A stretch of DNA of 63,504 bases, counting the filler, from Reticulomyxa filosa (lineage: Eukaryota; Protista; Foraminifera): assembly GCA_000512085.1 (NCBI GenBank). It is 21 parts of 21 records of this genome, joined end to end, with 100 filler letters (N's around TTAATTAATTAA, not from the genome) between each part and the next. Parts side by side here need not be neighbours in the genome. Positions count along the whole stretch, not along the records: positions 35,994 to 39,640 come from ASPP01020937.1; positions 39,741 to 43,622 come from ASPP01008030.1; positions 43,723 to 45,044 come from ASPP01011175.1; positions 45,145 to 49,013 come from ASPP01038210.1; positions 49,114 to 51,295 come from ASPP01018062.1; 16 more parts are not named here. One strand, written 5' to 3'. The notes below the pieces were generated by a model. The model saw only the letters and a program-made list of their open reading frames with translations. It was not told where the DNA came from and made no database searches. How positions within the stretch are numbered: position 1 is the stretch's first letter; every line of letters starts with the position of its first letter. Shown piece after piece: positions 37,256 through 49,209 of the stretch. A program made the translations under genes and the position numbers.

Positions 37256-37634
37256 ACAAACAAAAAAAAAACATTCACAATTCAAATAACTAACTATTAC
37301 CACATTTTTTTTTTGCAAAAGTTTCGAATAAATTTGGTTTAAAGTAACAACAAAATTGACTTTTTTTTCTTTTTTTTTTTTTTGAGGAGTTTTTTATCAA
37401 AAAGGAAAGCTGAGCAATTCTTTGTTCAAGTATTAAATTATTTTGGAAATATTCATATGTTAATGTGAGCTTTCTTAAATTAAAAAATCAAACTGGAACC
37501 ACTTTAAGGTAACACTTTAAATCTTGAAATTTTTCTAATTCGAATTTATGTATCAAGTAAAAAAAAAAACACTGTGTTTGAAACTTTTTTCATTACACAT
37601 CAAACCTGCTTAACAGTTCCTCAACATTAATAAC

Positions 37635-37871
37635 ATGAGCAACCAAATCTTTCAAAATTTGAAGGAGTTACCCACACCACTCTGGAAATCTCAACATGTG
37701 CTACACAAACACGAAATCCTCATTTGTGGAGGCTATCAACAAAGAGCTTGTTATTCTTATCATACAATCAAAAACGAGTACAAATTTATCTGTGAGTATC
37801 CAAGTGATGTTAAATTAGAAGGACGCTGTGGTAAGACTGGCAGATATCAACTCAACATAAAATATGTGTGA
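37635..37871 (+). pseudogene. Truncated Kelch-like repeat family gene fragment
   Basis: MSNQIFQNLKELPTPL...HKHEILICGG....CYSYHTIKNEYKFICEYP is one Kelch-like blade, after which the frame ends. Confidence 0.65.
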
Positions 37872-38595
37872 AGATTATTGTCAAATTAGAAATTATCGAA
37901 AAAAGAATAGCCATTGGAGATGTATGTGACACAAAGTATTGAAGTAGTGATAACAGACACAATAAGTGTGATTTAAAGTTCATTGAACAATGATAAAAAA
38001 AACAAATGAAAACAAGCCAATGAAAAGTTCACCATTTGAATTATTCAAATCTGCACTGAATTGTCTGGGCACATCATTATTTCATGTTGCATTGACACTA
38101 CAATTAATGTAAATTCATATTTTTTATATATTATATGTTAAAATAGACAATGATAAAATAATAATAAAAAAGGTAGCACTGGAGATTATTTGAGAAATCT
38201 TACATTGTAGAACGGAAGAAGGAGAGGGAAAAATATATGAAAAAGAAGAAGAAAAAAGAATAATAAAAGAAAGAAGAAAATTAAATCGAAAACAAATTTG
38301 GTGTTTATTGGCATATATGTTTTTACAACAATCGATGAATCAACAAATAAATATTGGGTATCATTGTAAAGAATCAAACAATTGTGTATTTGCTTATTTA
38401 TTAACATTATTTCATTATTTGTACATATGTCATTAAATGATAATGAAATGCAAAATATAAGTCTGTTAATGTCATTTTGAAAAAAATTACTTGGAAAGAT
38501 GATAATTTTAATTTTGAAAATATAATTGATTGTAATAAAGGGGATATAATAATAATAATATAAATTGGATACATTTATATGATCATGCAAATAAT

Positions 38596-38838
38596 ATGTT
38601 ATTTGATTATAATGAATCACAATCAATTGAATTTGCGGTTAATTTTGCAAATTCTTATGCTGGATTTGGAATTGCTGGAACACAAGAAGAAATGATTTTA
38701 GGAAGCTTTACTGAAGCATGTGTAATTGTGGCATTGGCACCAAGTCCAATGAAATATAGACAAATTATTGTTATTCAAAATATGTATGTGATTGCAAAAT
38801 TTCAAAATTATGGAAGAAATCTGAAAGATGTTTTATAA
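38596..38838 (+). pseudogene. Poly(ADP-ribose) glycohydrolase (PARG) catalytic-motif fragment
   Basis: VNFANSYAGFGIAGTQEEMILGSFTEAC resembles PARG VDFAN..GGG..QEEI...PE, followed by F.NYG. An isolated 80-aa island in AT-rich DNA. Confidence 0.65.
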
Positions 38839-39769
38839 ATGATTGTTGTAAATATAAAAACAATGACAATAATTATTATTATATACAATCTAAGGATGTT
38901 TTTTAAAAAAAGAAAATTAAGTGTATTTTCCTTTTTATTGTTAATTATGTTGTGCAATTTGGTATATTTTTTCAAAAAAACTCACAAAAGCAAAACCTTT
39001 GGTTCAAAATTTATCCGGTCACATCTTTATTGTTTTAAAAGATCGGCTGACAAGGAAAAGATGCAGTAACTACTGACTCATATGTTTGTGTTTAGAACAG
39101 TATGGTTCAACTAGATTTTTGCTATTTGTTTGAAATTACAGCAGACCTAAAAAGGTTCCCACTGCCGTTGTTTGGTTTATTTCAACATTAAATAAGCCAA
39201 TAATTTTCAAGTTGGAAAATAAAAAATATTTTAAATAAATCAACATTTTTAAAAAATTCAATAACTCACTAACAACAATAGCTTACTATTGATACTTTCG
39301 GATCAAATCATTCTTTTGTTGCTGATTAATTAATTATTTACGAAATATGTAAAAAAAAGATAACAAAACAATTAAACGTCACACATTTATGGACTTCTAA
39401 CATACTTTAAAAAATTGAAATGTTCAAAATTATTTCCAAGATAAAACTAATACAAAGTAATCAACAAAAAATATCAGTGTGCATAATTTCCATTTACTTA
39501 TGCAATTAATGACATAATATCATACACGCCATAACATATTTAATTGATAATTTTCATTGGTAAAAAGAAATCGAATAAAATATGCTTCATACCAAGAAAA
39601 AATTTAAAAAAATAGGCCAAAAAAGGGAAAATCGAAAAAGNNNNNNNNNNNNNNNNNNNNNNNNNNNNNNNNNNNNNNNNNNNNTTAATTAATTAANNNN
39701 NNNNNNNNNNNNNNNNNNNNNNNNNNNNNNNNNNNNNNNNTTTTTTTTTTGTTTATTTTATGTGAACAG

Positions 39770-41104
39770 CAAACATGTGTCGAGGTGGTCGTATGTTTGC
39801 CCCAACGAAAGTTTGGAGACGTTGGCATCGTAAAATCAATGTGAACCAAAAGAGATATGCAGTCTCCAGTGCTATCGCAGCATCTGCTTTGCCAGCCTTG
39901 GTTATGGCCCGAGGTCATCGTATTCAACGAGTCGAAGAGCTGCCTTTGGTTGTCGAAAACGACTTTGAAAAATTGAAAAAATCCAAAGCTTGCGTGTTGG
40001 CTTTGCAAAAATTGAAAATTAATGCTGAACTTACCCGATGCAAAGTTACATTCTTTTAGCAAATGTAACAAGGGTATTTTTAACCTCACCCGAAAAATCG
40101 CATTAACAATTTTTTTTTATTATGTTATTTGTGGGTTTCTTTTGTAGAGCCGATATAAAAGAGCAGGAAAAGGCAAAGCAAGAAACCGTCGTTTCAGACA
40201 TCGTACTGGTCCATTGATTGTGTACAACTCAAATCGAGGCATTGTTCAAGCAGCAAGAAACATCCGAGGGGTTGATTTGTGCCATGTCAACAGATTGAAC
40301 TTATTGAAACTTTGCCCAGGTAATTTCACTTAATGATATCTTAATTTTATTGATTTGATTTTGATGTTGAAGGAAAATTGAAAGCGTATTTTTAACTTTA
40401 AAAATTTGTGTAAAAAAAAAAAGGTGGACACGTTGGACGATTGGTAATATGGACGGAAGATGCATTCCGCAAATTAAACAGCATATTTGGAACTAGCAAC
40501 AAAGCCTCATCAATTAAAGGAGGATACCTTGTTCCAAAACCATTGATGACAAACAGTGACTTGAACCGTATCATCAACAGTCAGGAAGTGCAAGTTTCTT
40601 TGGAATCAAAAAAACCAGTCGAAAGAACTACTCGTAAAGTCAATCCTTTGAGACGACCTCGCTTGTATGCCAAGCTTAACCCTCTGTTTGAGCAACAATA
40701 CAAAGAAATTCTCGAACAAAAAGTCAAAGAAAGTCAGTTGCCAACAACATTGTCGTTGTTGAAACCAGAAAAGAAAAAGCAAAAAGTGAAAATCACAATT
40801 ACTCCTCAACAGAAGTTAATTATTCTTTTTTTCCCCAATATAAGCAATTGTAACTAATCATGTTGATTATCAAAACTTCAGGCAACAAATGAAGAAATAC
40901 TGGGATTTGGTCATTGGAGAGTCAATCTTCAAGACCCGAGATCGATTGGACGCAGAAAGAGCAGCAGTCAAAGCCAAATTGGCACAATTGGCCAAAGAAA
41001 AAGCTGGTTTGGATTTGTTGGAAAGTGGATCAGGAGCACAACCGGCAAAACCAAAAGAAGCCAAAAAACCAGCACCAAAGGACAGCGATCAAGATTCAGA
41101 TTAA
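39770..41104 (+). CDS. RPL4: 60S ribosomal protein L4 (uL4), 5' end missing; exons 39770-40044, 40148-40319, 40424-40814, 40882-41104
   Basis: [69 protein letters not shown]. The introns keep frame. Confidence 0.96.
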
Positions 41105-41426
41105 GCCTGAAACAAGTTGTACAGATGTTAGCTGTGGATTATTTATTGATCTGCAAAAGAGGGATTTGTGTTGCATATTCGCGGTTCGTATGTTGTCAAT
41201 GATGCAACGAATGCGAAGCATCTTGACCAATTTTGTTTCAAACGACTTTTGTTTTGTCCGATTGTTTTTCTCTAGGAGAATAAAATGCATTTTTTTTGGT
41301 TTATGAAACCTTTTTAATTTTCAATGTCAAAAGCGATCAAATTTTTGTTCATTGAAACACCATAAAAAAAAGATAAGAACTTTCACAATTTTTGAAACAT
41401 CAGTAACAACACAAAAAAAATCAAAT

Positions 41427-42977
41427 TTACTCTTTCAAACGGATCATCCTTAAACAAGCGGGATGAAGCAAACGTTGGATGATCGACCCCGCAGTTTCAA
41501 TAAATTGATTATCGTGTGGATTTTCTGTGGGTCCCACCATGTCAATTTGATAATTCCAAATTAATTGTCCAAAGATACAATATATTTCATACAGAGCCAT
41601 CATTTTTCCAGGGCAAATCCGCTTTCCTGTTCCAAAAGCAAAAAAGGCTTGTTCAGGGGTACTAACAAACTGCATCTCCTTTGTATCTTCGTTTTGAGCC
41701 AACCAATTTTCTAAGCAAATTTCATCCAAACCTTTGTTGAAAATAGAATTCTTCCATAACCGAGCATCATGTTTTTGCATATAATTGGCATTTGCGATAA
41801 TGAAAGTATTTGCTGGAATACGATAGCCTTCTATCCATATCTCTTCTGCATTTGTACGAGGAATCCCCCATGAACCTGTACCGGTTACTCTTAACACATC
41901 GTGTACAAATGCTTGTAAGTGAGGTAGGCGTTTAATATTTTCCAAAACATCAATGTGAACAAAACCATTTTCACCAGCAACAGGAACATCGGTTATGACA
42001 GCTTTCAGTTCGTCTCGTAAAAGTTGTTGGAGCTTTGGATACTTTGCTGCGTAAGCGAGCACAAATTCTGCCGAATTGCTGACTGACTCGTGTGAATCCA
42101 GCATTGCCTGCATTTCTCCATAGGCAGCATCTGTCCCGTAAATGCGCATTATGCGATCTAAATACGAGCCAGCGTAACCCGCGTGTAGGTGTGTACGACG
42201 ACGAAAAGAGGGGAACAGTTCATGCATGGCCATGGACTGATCCCACCATGTATTCACCATCCTTCGCAAAATCCATCTCTTTACGTGGTCATAGCCATAG
42301 CGCAACAAATTCCACGTCTTTGGAATTTTCTTTTCATATACATCATTCGCACAGAACATTTCGTCATCAGGAGTAACACTGTATCCATAAATGCAGGTAT
42401 ACGTCATGTTCCAAGTCAAAAATCCTAATACATCTCGTGGACACCATATATTTGATGTACTATTGACAATTTCTGGGACAAGATATTTGTCCATTGTTTC
42501 GTTCATTACTGTAGTTACGTAACTCGTTGTTGCTGCACGAAAAAACGTTGACGTGGCCAGACTTCTGCGCTGGCTCCATTCTTCTCCATTTTTCCAACTA
42601 AGATCATCTGGTTGGTCCAAGGGATGAAAAAAATGCTGATAGCGATCTAACAACGCATGGCCAAACAATTCGCGGACAATTTTTGGGTTTGATATCATCA
42701 CCACGTTATGAATTCCCCACGAAAAATAGCATATGTCGCCATATGCACGAGACAAATCGTCAAAAATATTTCTCAAAAATTGTGGACGGTTTGCGAAAAA
42801 ATGATTGAAAATAAAAAAATATTGCTCAGGTCCTGGAGGCAGCCTTCTCACCCGGCGAATTATTTTTCCAAGTACAAACCGTAATAATGGCCATAACACG
42901 CACAAACAAAAAAATGTTTTGGTTTTATGGCGTTGAAAAAATTTTAGCCAAAGATTTGGATCAAAAGACGTACTCAT
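41427..42977 (-). CDS. Cytochrome P450 (atypical motifs), intronless, 516 aa
   Basis: N-terminal anchor plus LPPGP hinge, WSQRR (WxxxR), GYRIPANT, heme motif FGTGKRICPG. Confidence 0.92.
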   Translation of the reverse strand: MSTSFDPNLWLKFFQRHKTKTFFCLCVLWPLLRFVLGKIIRRVRRLPPGPEQYFFIFNHFFANRPQFLRNIFDDLSRAYGDICYFSWGIHNVVMISNPKIVRELFGHALLDRYQHFFHPLDQPDDLSWKNGEEWSQRRSLATSTFFRAATTSYVTTVMNETMDKYLVPEIVNSTSNIWCPRDVLGFLTWNMTYTCIYGYSVTPDDEMFCANDVYEKKIPKTWNLLRYGYDHVKRWILRRMVNTWWDQSMAMHELFPSFRRRTHLHAGYAGSYLDRIMRIYGTDAAYGEMQAMLDSHESVSNSAEFVLAYAAKYPKLQQLLRDELKAVITDVPVAGENGFVHIDVLENIKRLPHLQAFVHDVLRVTGTGSWGIPRTNAEEIWIEGYRIPANTFIIANANYMQKHDARLWKNSIFNKGLDEICLENWLAQNEDTKEMQFVSTPEQAFFAFGTGKRICPGKMMALYEIYCIFGQLIWNYQIDMVGPTENPHDNQFIETAGSIIQRLLHPACLRMIRLKE

Positions 42978-43929
42978 GATGTCAACCGCAACAGAAAACT
43001 AACCTTGTACTTGCAAACTTGGTTAAAAAAGGGCATATATATTCAGAGGCACAAGAACTGTTCCTACGCAATCAAATTCAAGTGCCAAGCCACACATGTA
43101 TACAAAGGCATCTTCACTATCAACAAATAACAACAAAAATAAATGGCAAATTTTTAACTTTAACAAAATGTTTAACTTTCAAAATGAAAGAAGTATTAAG
43201 ATCTTCCGACATATTAAAAACCAAACATATTTTTCAACTGGTATTGACGCCACTGGTGATTATCTAAGTTAAGAAATATGAAGTCTTACGTTTAACAAGA
43301 CGGATAAGCGCCAGGGGGAAAATTGGAAAACATATTGAGCAAAAGTGAGCAATGTCCGAGTCTGATAGCAATTTATCTGGCAAGATTACTCGGCAATATC
43401 GTCCTATCGAGGGCGATCGTAGTTTCTTTGGCGCGGCAGCAACTCGGGTTAGTAATATATTGCTTGTTACCAAAGGGGCAATATAAAACAATCCAAATAA
43501 TTGTTCAGGACCAGACCGGGGATGATTCGACCGCAAACCTGATGGAACCATCGTCATCTGCCGATGCTTATCAATCTGGAATTAGTATGTGACAGATCGA
43601 CAAGCAAAAAAAAAAAAAAAAANNNNNNNNNNNNNNNNNNNNNNNNNNNNNNNNNNNNNNNNNNNNTTAATTAATTAANNNNNNNNNNNNNNNNNNNNNN
43701 NNNNNNNNNNNNNNNNNNNNNNCTTCAAAGGAAAAAAAAAAAAGGTAAATGAGATGTACCAATTGCAATTACATATATTAGGTATATGTTACAAGTCAAC
43801 GTCTTGGAACTCATCTTGATTGGCCTATCCATATCCAAAAGCAAAGACAAATAAACGCATATACATACATATCCATATACATATACAAATATAGGTTCTA
43901 ATTAAAAAAAAAAAAAACAAAAGTATATT

Positions 43930-44570
43930 AACTTCTGTCTGTTCGACCAAAAATTCATTTTGATTTTGCAATTGAACAATACGCTGTTCCAATTCTGTTT
44001 TTTTGCGTTGATGAGCAGCACTAACTTCTTGCAACTCTCGCTTAGTGCGTTGTTCTTGCTCCTCTCTGTTGCCTCCAGGAAGCATCTGATCAAAAGCAAT
44101 TTTCCGATCAAAGCAAGCAACGACACAATATCCAATAAACAAACAAACAAAAAGGAAACTTTATCTCTTCTTCGAATAGCATTGGATACAATGGAGAAGT
44201 GATTGACCAAAGTGATCCATTCTTCTTTGGTGCCACCTCTATCAGGGTGATAGATTCTGGCATACTCTTTGTACCGTTGCGTCACGTTGTCAATGGCGAC
44301 AACGTCAGGGTTTTTGAAATCTTTGGGCGCGAACCCAAAGTATTGCAGCGACGCATTCAATGAGTCATCCGATTCGTTTTTCGACACAATCGTATTACAG
44401 TACCACCAATCATCAAACTTGTCATTCACGAGTTTTCCAACCCAATGCTGCCACACACTCCTCCAATCACCGAGCCTAGCACTGTCCCTGTGCCTGGGAA
44501 TATTGCTTATTTCCATTTTTTTTTTTTTTTTTTTTTCAATGTTAGTTATCTTTTTATTTTTTGATTGGGT

Positions 44571-44607
<37 letters not shown>

Positions 44608-45044
44608 CTATGAGGGAGAAAAGTAGAGAAAAAGTTTGGTAACGTACCTATTTACTCACCTGTTCCAATGGCACCTCCAACAGCAGAGCCTCCTGCACCA
44701 CCTACGACAGCGGTACTGTTGACGGTGGTGTTGCGAAAGGTCCTTCGTCCTAACTCTCTTGCGTTTATGCCGCCTGTCACCCATCGATAGGTGTCCGCTA
44801 CGCACTGACAACTTGTCGCAATTGCTGCCGTGTATCCGCCGACTCGCACCGTGTCGTTCACTACCTCTGCTGCACTGGCGGCACTATTAAAGATTTGAGT
44901 GCCTATCACTGCACCCACCGCACTCGGCGCGGGGTTCGACATCACAATCGAAACCGGATTTGCTGAAGAAACCAAGGATACCGCTCCTTTCATTGTTTTT
45001 CCATTTTAGTTGTCAAGGTAAAAAGTCGTCGAAATTATTACAAA
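43930..45044 (-). CDS. Glycine-zipper plus DnaJ-domain plus coiled-coil protein (partial, with one frameshift)
   Basis: VVGGAGGSAVGGAIGT|AIFPGTGTVLGSVIGGVCGSIG, then a J-domain with YKEYARIYHPDRGG. One G is missing at ~44441-44443. Confidence 0.75.
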
Positions 45045-45144
45045 NNNNNNNNNNNNNNNNNNNNNNNNNNNNNNNNNNNNNNNNNNNNTTAATTAATTAA
45101 NNNNNNNNNNNNNNNNNNNNNNNNNNNNNNNNNNNNNNNNNNNN

Positions 45145-46201
45145 TAACAAAATAATCTCAAATACAATGGTGTATGACTTAATAATTTTAAACTTCGACT
45201 ATTGTTTAATTTTTTCATCAATACATCTGATTCATTATTATTTTTGAAATAAGCATTGATATAATTTTGAATATCTTGTGATTGGAGTCCAATCACATTC
45301 AACATTCTTGGATTATTTAGATATTCACACATTGCACTGGGTTGACTTGTCATAATTATTGAATAATTTTGATTTGAAGTGCAATGTCGCAACCATGCTT
45401 TTAAGTTTGTGTTCTTTCCAATTTCATTTACAATTTCATCAAATCCATCCAATAATAACAACAATCTATTCATTGAATTAATAATGCATTGGTATCATTT
45501 AATTCATTGATAATGATTGACCATAAGTATTCAATATCATCATTACTTTGATCTTTCTTTTGATCATCGCTATTGTCATTAATGTGATGCAGAAAATTCA
45601 CAATTTTTCTCAAAGGAATGTGCAATAGATATTGAAATTGATGACCATTTCCCCACAAATATGCAATCCTTTGAGACAACACACTTTTTCCACTCCCTGC
45701 TTCTCCTCGAATACTAATGTGACATATTTTTAATTCTTTTTGTTGATCATTCCAAATATCTTGTAATTCAATATTTTCAGTTTGATTTCCATAGATTAAT
45801 GAATAATCTAATGAGTTTGTCCATTTTCCATTTTCTTCTTTATGATCATCATGTTTTTCATCTTCGCTTTTTTCTTTTTCTTCATTGTTGATCATTTTGT
45901 CTTTTTGTTGCTGGATCAAAAGAGCCAATCGAATGTAGCAAGTATCAATGGATTGCTCAGGATCATCGAATAATGGAGCCAACTTGTCTTGTGATTGGTA
46001 ATGTTGCTTTAATTTTTCTTTTGTTGCATTCAGTTCTTCATTTTCATTATCTTTTTTTATTTCTGAAGTTTTGTTTGTATAAATCTTTTCATTTATTTCT
46101 TCGTTTTTTTCTTTTGGTTTTGAAGTTTCATTTACTAGAACCTTTTCATTTGTTTTTCCTTCTCTTGAAGCAATGGTTCTTCTTGCTTTTTTAATGCCCA
46201 T
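45145..46201 (-). pseudogene. NACHT (STAND) NTPase gene, frameshifted and partial
   Basis: Walker A ISIRGEAGSGKS, FQYLLHIPLR, Walker B LLLLLDGFDE, IIMTSQP, HTPLYLRL. Frame switch at ~45475. Confidence 0.85.
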
Positions 46202-47099
46202 GTTTTAGCTTTTCCACTTGACGGTTGTGACAAAATTAAGATGTAGGTGTTTAAAATTTTTAGAGTTTTTTTTAACTAAAAACTTTGTCAAGTTGGGTTT
46301 TTACATGATTTTGTTATTTTTGAATTGATATTTCCACCTGAGTTTATTTCAATTCATATCTGTAAACAATAGACTATTCGAAGAAAAATATAAGTGAGAA
46401 ACGTTGCAGTTATGTTTTTCCCCTTAATTTTAAATTATAAATGAAATGCTGCGATTTGAGAGAAAGAAAAGTTGCATTTTGTGTCGAAGTACAGTTTTAT
46501 TTACCAAATTTTAATTGGTATGTAGCAATTTTAACTTTTCGGATGTATAATTGTCTTCACTTGATTTGTCAAAATTAAACAAATAAAAATTATATCCTTT
46601 ATATTAAATGAAGTAAATATGCCTGATCGCTTTCGATGATAAGAATAGTTTGAAACAAATTGACTCTTCCTTATTTGTCCTTTTTGTTTTTTGTATGTAG
46701 TTTAGTTTCAATGTGTGAGGTTGATTGAAAAAAAATGGCATTGTCGATTCTTGTTTATCTGGATGCAGTTATATGTTGATGTAAAGAAATTGTGATGCAT
46801 ATTGCAAAACTCAGTTTATTCATGGAGGAATACCTTTTAATGATTTGTGCACTTGCAATGCAAATTCCAAAAAGGTATTTTACAAAAGAATTAGGGAGAA
46901 ATATCATTGAAGGATTCGAATAGAATAACACACAAAAAAAGTTGATGTTTCATAAAAAAATTTAAGTAAGGGCCACTTGAAAATAAAGCACATCAGCATC
47001 GAAATAAAATTGAACCCATTCATGATCAATCTCTTTGATATCTTAAATAAACTTGGAAATCTTAATAAGGACTATAGTTTAATTGATGTGCCCTAATTT

Positions 47100-47410
47100 T
47101 TTTTTGCCAGTTGTTTCTTAGTTAATTCAGTTGAATCACTCCAAGTAATTTGCATATGATCCATCTCCACCTTTCAATCCATTTATGAAAGAATCAGCAA
47201 CTTTTTTAGTTCTCAGACAATTTTGTTGAAATTGTATCAAATGATTTTACACATCAACCATAAATATCTCTATTTTCACCGTTTAATTCATTCATCAAAG
47301 CTTTCTCTGTTTCTTGTTTTTGTCTTGTGTTTTTCTTTGTCGTTCTTTTTTCTTTCACTCTTGAAGTCTTAGCAAGAAGATCTTCTTCCACTTTCTGGTT
47401 AATCATCATT
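47100..47410 (-). pseudogene. Decayed HEAT-like repeat fragment, same family as 62156-63372
   Basis: Reverse strand reads ALMNELNGENRDIYG*CVKSFDTISTKLSE...FINGLKG, similar to CLKNGLKDSKADVQYSCVRSLVTLS. Confidence 0.5.
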
Positions 47411-48239
47411 AATTTCGCTGGAATGTTGAAAAGATTAGGATGGGGAGTTTTTAGAGTATTTTTTTAGAACCTTTTTTTGTGAAAGTAAAAACGCTGTCAA
47501 ACTGAATGTTTTGTACAATTTTGGTATTTTTACAACTAGTTTTCTTTGTAGCGTCTCAAGAAAACATTCTTGACATACACATGATTTAACAAGTATTGAA
47601 AAAGGTGTAAAATTTGTTTCAAGACTATTTATCAATGAACGGCAGATTGGAAAGACAGAAATGATTGAAAAAACAAAACAAAAGTAGAAGGAGTCCTCAA
47701 ACTAAAATGAATTTTACCGTATGCAAAAAATGATAGTGTATACATTTCAGCCAAAAAAAAAAGGCAACAAAATATGAACTCTAATTTTTGCAAATCAAAT
47801 TAAACAAAAAACCCATCTATGTACTAGTAAATAAAATTATTTTGGATACAAAAACAACTTTTTCTTTCTCGCAAACGCACAGTAAACTGAGTATTTTATT
47901 TATAATCAAAACCATCATATTTGCACATTGTTCTGCTCATTTCGGCAACAATTTTGCGCTGGAAAAGAGATAAGATTATATACTTTTTTGGCTATTTTGT
48001 TTTGTATTAATCAATATGATATTGGCATAGCATAAAAAAAAAGAAATAAAGAGTATATATAATACACATTACTTAACATTCAAATCTCAACACTTTGAAA
48101 AAAGCGAATACTGACATTAATCAGTGATTGACATTAATCAGTGATTGGCATAGCATTGTTCACTATTTACAGTTGATATAAATAGTTGGACATTGCTTGT
48201 TTCACTTGTACATACACCTACTAAAGATACGAACATGTA

Positions 48240-49013
48240 ATACTTTCTTGTGAAGATTAGTAGATTCCTTGGGCATATCAAATCTCACAAAGTTTATGCA
48301 ATTGTGAAAATGTGTTACATGTCCATATCTTTTGTTGTTTCGTTAATACCACACAATATTTCTTCAGCAAGGATTGAAGCTCCATTTCTGTTTTGACCTT
48401 TGCAGAAATGTTAATTTTTCGACCAATAAGTTGTTTCAATTCCACCCAATGGATGAACTCTTTTGGCATTTGAGTGATTACAAACACACAGGGACATCAC
48501 TGGAAGAGGTGTAGCTTGGCGATGAAGAAACAGAAGAAGAGGTATCCGAGGCTCGATCGGAAGGAGGGATTTGTATTAACAGACGATTGTGGCCTCAAGA
48601 CAATTATGAATAAGGGCTTCATTGTTTGCAATGGCATTGGAAAGAGATGGGAGATAGTCATGTAAAAAGTGATCCGTCTGTGATATGTTAGCAGACGCAC
48701 CATTGGAGTCATCAGCAGATCGATACACATAACTCACGTTATTGATATCAATTTTTTCGACTATCGGCAATTTGTCAGTATGTTTGATTTTTTTTTTTGG
48801 ACGTTGCAAGATTTACTTCTGTTTCTTCCAAGACAATGTAACGGTCGTCCAAACTCAAGCACATGCGCTTTGTCTGCTTGTCCAATTCAATAATATCAGG
48901 TCTCGACAACGCATTTTTTGTTTTTTTTTGGAAACGAACATGCAAGGTGATAAAGTCACTGTTGACCAATACCACAATTCTTTCGTAATCTGTCATTTTG
49001 TATTTGACAGCAA
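48240..49013 (-). pseudogene. Fragmented coding sequence of an unidentified family
   Basis: Consecutive overlapping short ORFs (48775-48996, 48576-48809, 48278-48487) with protein-like composition, separated by frameshifts and stops. Confidence 0.4.
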
Positions 49014-49142
49014 NNNNNNNNNNNNNNNNNNNNNNNNNNNNNNNNNNNNNNNNNNNNTTAATTAATTAANNNNNNNNNNNNNNNNNNNNNNNNNNNNNNN
49101 NNNNNNNNNNNNNTTTTTTTTTTTTTAAATTGACAAATTTAA

Positions 49143-49192
<50 letters not shown>

Positions 49193-49209
49193 GTATTGTT
49201 TTATAATAG

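Noticed and set aside
41427-42977. Intronless P450 as bacterial contamination or recent HGT
   Set aside because: It has a eukaryotic membrane anchor and PPGP hinge and shares a contig with intron-containing RPL4. MCM5 is also intronless.
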